Part shown: in pieces, positions 52,773 to 55,715 of the stretch
Layout of the letters: each line of letters starts with the position of its first letter
Numbering within the stretch: the first letter of the stretch is position 1
From: an uncultured Oscillospiraceae bacterium
GTDB taxonomy: Bacteria; Bacillota; Clostridia; Christensenellales; Aristaeellaceae
NCBI GenBank assembly: GCA_964600835.1
Contig: CAZRLM010000001.1
Coordinates: forward strand, 1-55,715
Direction: 5' to 3'
DNA: 55,715 nt
Program-made: the position numbers and the translations under genes
The notes under the pieces: model-generated
Databases searched by the model: none
What the model was told of the DNA's origin: nothing
What the model saw: the letters and a program-made list of their open reading frames with translations, nothing else

Positions 52773-54170
52773 TCAGGGAATCAGCAGGATCTGGCCGGGG
52801 AAAATCAACTGGTCGCGATAGAGGCCGTTTCGCTCAAGCAGCGCGTCCAGCGTAACGGAGAAACGCGCGGCGATCTTCGTTAGCGTATCGCCGCGATTGA
52901 TCACATAACCGCCGCGAAAACGCTGCGATGTGCCCGCGCCCGAGGGCTTCAAGTGAAGCATCTGTCCGCGGTAAAGGGGTGCGTCTGCAGATAGACCGTT
53001 TGCCTGTGCCAGCACGGTCAGCGAAACGCCGTACTGGGCGGACAGGCTGTGCAGCGTTTGCCCGGCCTGAACGACGAGGGCGCTTTCCAGGAGCGCGCTG
53101 GGAACGCCACGGCCTGCGCCTTCGGGCAGTTTCACGATCTGACCGACCGGAACAGAGGTGGAAGAGAAGCCATTCAGCAGCGCCAGCGACTGAACCGATA
53201 CACCGCAGCGGCGGGCAAGCGTGGACAGGCTTTCCCTTGTTTGCAGGATGTGCAGCGCGTATGCGCCTCCGCCTATTTGACGGTCGCCGGGATAACGAAC
53301 GATCTGACCGGCCTGCGCCACGCCGCCGGGAAACTCGTTTTGATCCAGCAACGCGGTCTGCGTGGTTCCGAGCCGCTCGGCCAGGGCGACAACGGATTCC
53401 GAAGTTTGCACCTGATAGGCGAGCGTAGAACCCACAGGAGCGGGCGTTGGCGCAGGCGTCGGCGAGGGAGCGGTAGACTGGTAGATCTCCCGCGTAAACC
53501 GATCCAGATCGACATGGCCGCGAATCCCGTCAATTTCTCCCTGATCGGAGTACTGAAAGCCGACCCACGAGGTCCACTTGCCATTTGCTTCCGGAAGCGA
53601 CACGCCGTAATTGGCTACCCAGATCGGATAGCGCGCCAGCGCCGCGCCGAAGCGCGCCCGCGCTGCCCAGGCGTCCGTGTACAGCATGGCACGCAGCCCG
53701 GTTCTGCTTTCGACGCGCTCCAGGAAGGCGAGCGCAACGGCGGTCAGTTCCTCTTCGGATAGGGAAACCGCGTCGCCAACGTCCAGCGCGAGCAGGCAGT
53801 CGGCTTCCTTGCCAGCGATGGTTTGGGCGAAAAAATCCGCCTGCCGTTGCGCGCCTGCGATGGTGTCGGCCGTCATGAAGTGGTAGAATCCAACCGCTAC
53901 GCCGGATGATTTTGCGCCTGCATAGTTGCGCTCGAAGGTGCTGTCCACGACCGTTTCACCCTCCGAGGCGCGGAGCATCGCGACCTCAACGCCGCTGCTC
54001 CGCACGGCGCTCCAGTCAATCTCTCCCTGCCACGCGCTCACGTCGATGCCGGACAGGGTAGGCGTTGAGGCGGGCGGAAAGGTTTCCGCGAAGGCGATGG
54101 CGGGCGTCAAGGCGAGCAGCAGGCAGCAGCACAGAACTGCGCCTGTGCGATGGAAGACTTTCACAAGCAT
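52773..54170 (-). CDS. GH25 muramidase (lysozyme) with four C-terminal LysM domains
   Basis: A signal peptide, then GIDVSAWQGEIDW...FYHF (GH25), an APSPTPAPTPAP linker and four LysM repeats such as YVINRGDTLTKIAARFSVTLDALLERNGL. The start ATG 54170 is preferred; GTG 54179 is too close to the RBS. Confidence 0.85.
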   Translation of the reverse strand: MLVKVFHRTGAVLCCCLLLALTPAIAFAETFPPASTPTLSGIDVSAWQGEIDWSAVRSSGVEVAMLRASEGETVVDSTFERNYAGAKSSGVAVGFYHFMTADTIAGAQRQADFFAQTIAGKEADCLLALDVGDAVSLSEEELTAVALAFLERVESRTGLRAMLYTDAWAARARFGAALARYPIWVANYGVSLPEANGKWTSWVGFQYSDQGEIDGIRGHVDLDRFTREIYQSTAPSPTPAPTPAPVGSTLAYQVQTSESVVALAERLGTTQTALLDQNEFPGGVAQAGQIVRYPGDRQIGGGAYALHILQTRESLSTLARRCGVSVQSLALLNGFSSTSVPVGQIVKLPEGAGRGVPSALLESALVVQAGQTLHSLSAQYGVSLTVLAQANGLSADAPLYRGQMLHLKPSGAGTSQRFRGGYVINRGDTLTKIAARFSVTLDALLERNGLYRDQLIFPGQILLIP

Positions 54171-54238
54171 CAAAAGCACGCTCCTTTCCCTTCAGCTTAT
54201 GCAGCATGGGCACGAAGGAGCGCGGGGCAGGATGAAAT

Positions 54239-54796
54239 TCAATGGACAGCCGCAGAGGGAACTGTCAGCCGCTCAAGCGACAGACCATGCCGGAACGCAT
54301 CCTCATAAACGCGCTGACAGCGGCGGAGCCTGGCAAAGGCGCGCAGCGCGCCGTCCGGGTCAGTGTAGCACTTCCAGCAGCCGGAACAGAGCGCGTCGCG
54401 CCCCTGATGGAGCATGAAGCCGGTCACGTCCGCAAGTGGGTAGCCGAGAAAAACACCGATTTCGTGCGGAAAGCCTCCCTGCCGCGCCAAGCGTCGGCGA
54501 AGCGTAATCAGGGCGGCGTCCGGACGGAAATCCGCATAGCCAAACGATTTCAAAAAACTGCGGACATCACTCCTGCTGAGAATAACGGTCAAGTCATCCG
54601 GACGATAAAGGTACATCAGCGCGCGGCCCTGACGCAGACGCAGATGTGTGAGTGTTACGCCTCGCGGAGTCAAACACTGATTCAGCGCGTGAACGGCAGC
54701 CGAGCCAGCGTCCGTCAACGGCACGGAAAACAGACTGCCCGCCTTGAGCCGGGCCAGCGTCGCGCTGCCGTGGGCGATCAACTCGTTTTCCAGCAT
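54239..54796 (-). CDS. DUF3793-family protein
   Basis: ATG 54796 follows AAGGAGG. LKAGSLFSV...FPHEIGVFLGYPLADV.GF...CSGCWKCY is the typical DUF3793 pattern. The 294-aa track ORF is an artefactual extension. Confidence 0.7.
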   Translation of the reverse strand: MLENELIAHGSATLARLKAGSLFSVPLTDAGSAAVHALNQCLTPRGVTLTHLRLRQGRALMYLYRPDDLTVILSRSDVRSFLKSFGYADFRPDAALITLRRRLARQGGFPHEIGVFLGYPLADVTGFMLHQGRDALCSGCWKCYTDPDGALRAFARLRRCQRVYEDAFRHGLSLERLTVPSAAVH

Positions 54797-54867
54797 CGTT
54801 GCGCCTCCTTCCGTGCGAGTAGTATCTCCGTTGCAGCAAAAAAGGCACAGGAAGGTTTTGGTGAAAC

Positions 54868-54902
54868 GAAAAAAGACGGCCGGCCAATGCTGACCGGTCG
54901 TC
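54868..54902 (-). terminator. Rho-independent terminator after the ABC permease gene
   Basis: Minus strand reads GACGACCGG-tcagcattgg-CCGGCCGTC followed by TTTTTTCGTTT. Confidence 0.65.
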
Positions 54903-54915
54903 CCATGAATGACGA

Positions 54916-55715
54916 TTATGCCTGACTGCGTTTTTGGGGCTTGAGCCGCTGGAAGCGCTGCTTCCATTTCTCTCTGGCGGCGATGCGCTCGCCCAGATCG
55001 CGGGCACCCACGCCGTAAACCAGATAGAGGATGATACCGGAGATGACCATGATGAATACCGTTGAGGCGCATCGGCGGCCGGAAGCGTTGACGTTGTAGC
55101 CCTCGCGGCCTTCCTCGGCGCACATATTCTGGATGACCATCGCGTAGCTCTTGCCGTAGCTGGAATGGAACGTGGCGGACATATCGTACTCGGTGAACAG
55201 CGCGTTGAAGTTCAGCGCGAACACCGCTAACACGCTGGGCAACACAATAGGCAGCTTGACGCGAAGGAAGGTGACAAGGCTGCTTGCCCCCAGGTTTCGG
55301 GCTGCATCCTCCAATTCCTCGTCAATGGCGTAGAAGGCGGCCTTGATCATCCGCAGTGCGAAGGGAATCTTGACGACGGTATAGGCCATGACGATCAAGA
55401 AGCGCACGTTTTCCTTCCAGTACAGGTTGGTGTTGAACACATACCATACGCTGTCAGAATTGAAGAAGGTGCGGTAGGAGTAGCAGATGAGGATGGTCGG
55501 CAGCAGCCAGGGGAAAAGCAGGCTGTATTCCAGCACGGAAGCGCGCTTCTTGCTCTTGTTGCGGAAAATATAGTTGACCGCGACCACCACAATCACGCAC
55601 GCCAGCGCCGCGGCGACAGCCGAGAGCACGAAGCTGAGCCGAATGCCGCCGACCGTGTCCGCGTTGGCGAACAGACCGGAAATGGAGCCGACGCGGGTAC
55701 GCAGCTTGCCTCGGG
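54916..55715 (-). CDS. ABC transporter permease (binding-protein-dependent type), 5' end outside the window
   Basis: EAA loop DEELEDAARNLGASSLVTFLRVKLPIVLP. The frame stays open upstream of the tracked start through to base 55715. Confidence 0.8.
   Translation of the reverse strand, partial: RGKLRTRVGSISGLFANADTVGGIRLSFVLSAVAAALACVIVVVAVNYIFRNKSKKRASVLEYSLLFPWLLPTILICYSYRTFFNSDSVWYVFNTNLYWKENVRFLIVMAYTVVKIPFALRMIKAAFYAIDEELEDAARNLGASSLVTFLRVKLPIVLPSVLAVFALNFNALFTEYDMSATFHSSYGKSYAMVIQNMCAEEGREGYNVNASGRRCASTVFIMVISGIILYLVYGVGARDLGERIAAREKWKQRFQRLKPQKRSQA

Overview
This is a visibly GC-rich chromosomal segment from a Gram-positive spore-former, probably Clostridia; RBS style, a spoVM-like micro-ORF and cell-wall genes support that placement. 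I found no rRNA, tRNA, CRISPR array, integrase or transposase. The left third holds housekeeping genes. These are the end of a V-type ATPase operon, a QueG-like/DUF362 open reading frame, dus, and an SOS-controlled Y-family polymerase/YolD pair. They are followed by deoB-PNP nucleoside salvage, DD-carboxypeptidase, a VanX-like dipeptidase, and tldD/pmbA. Within it sits an operon of three signal-peptide proteins of unknown function plus a DUF4317-like gene. The middle (about 22.5-45.5 kb) is a carbohydrate island. It contains an ECF sigma/anti-sigma pair, GH38 alpha-mannosidase, an Asp/Glu-racemase-like gene, a class II aldolase, a DUF1537 acid-sugar kinase, a TIM-barrel glycosidase and a large FAD protein. 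A convergent LacI-controlled operon carries an ABC importer, an MBL hydrolase, a ROK-SIS fusion and a GH13_18 phosphorylase. A DeoR-controlled FGGY kinase/aldolase pair follows. The right end is envelope-related: a PG-binding protein with PT repeats, a frameshifted 5x SH3b protein, a spoVM-like micro-ORF, GH25-LysM muramidase and DUF3793. My best candidate for an undescribed system is at 49.0-52.2 kb. It is an orphan MotA/ExbB-like channel protein with a long coiled-coil tail, a MotB/OmpA-like protein with a repeat-built stalk, and a small anchored protein. That is a Zorya-like core with no known effector genes and no flagellar or Tol/Ton context. All calls come from reading the translations and motifs by eye; no database search was possible.
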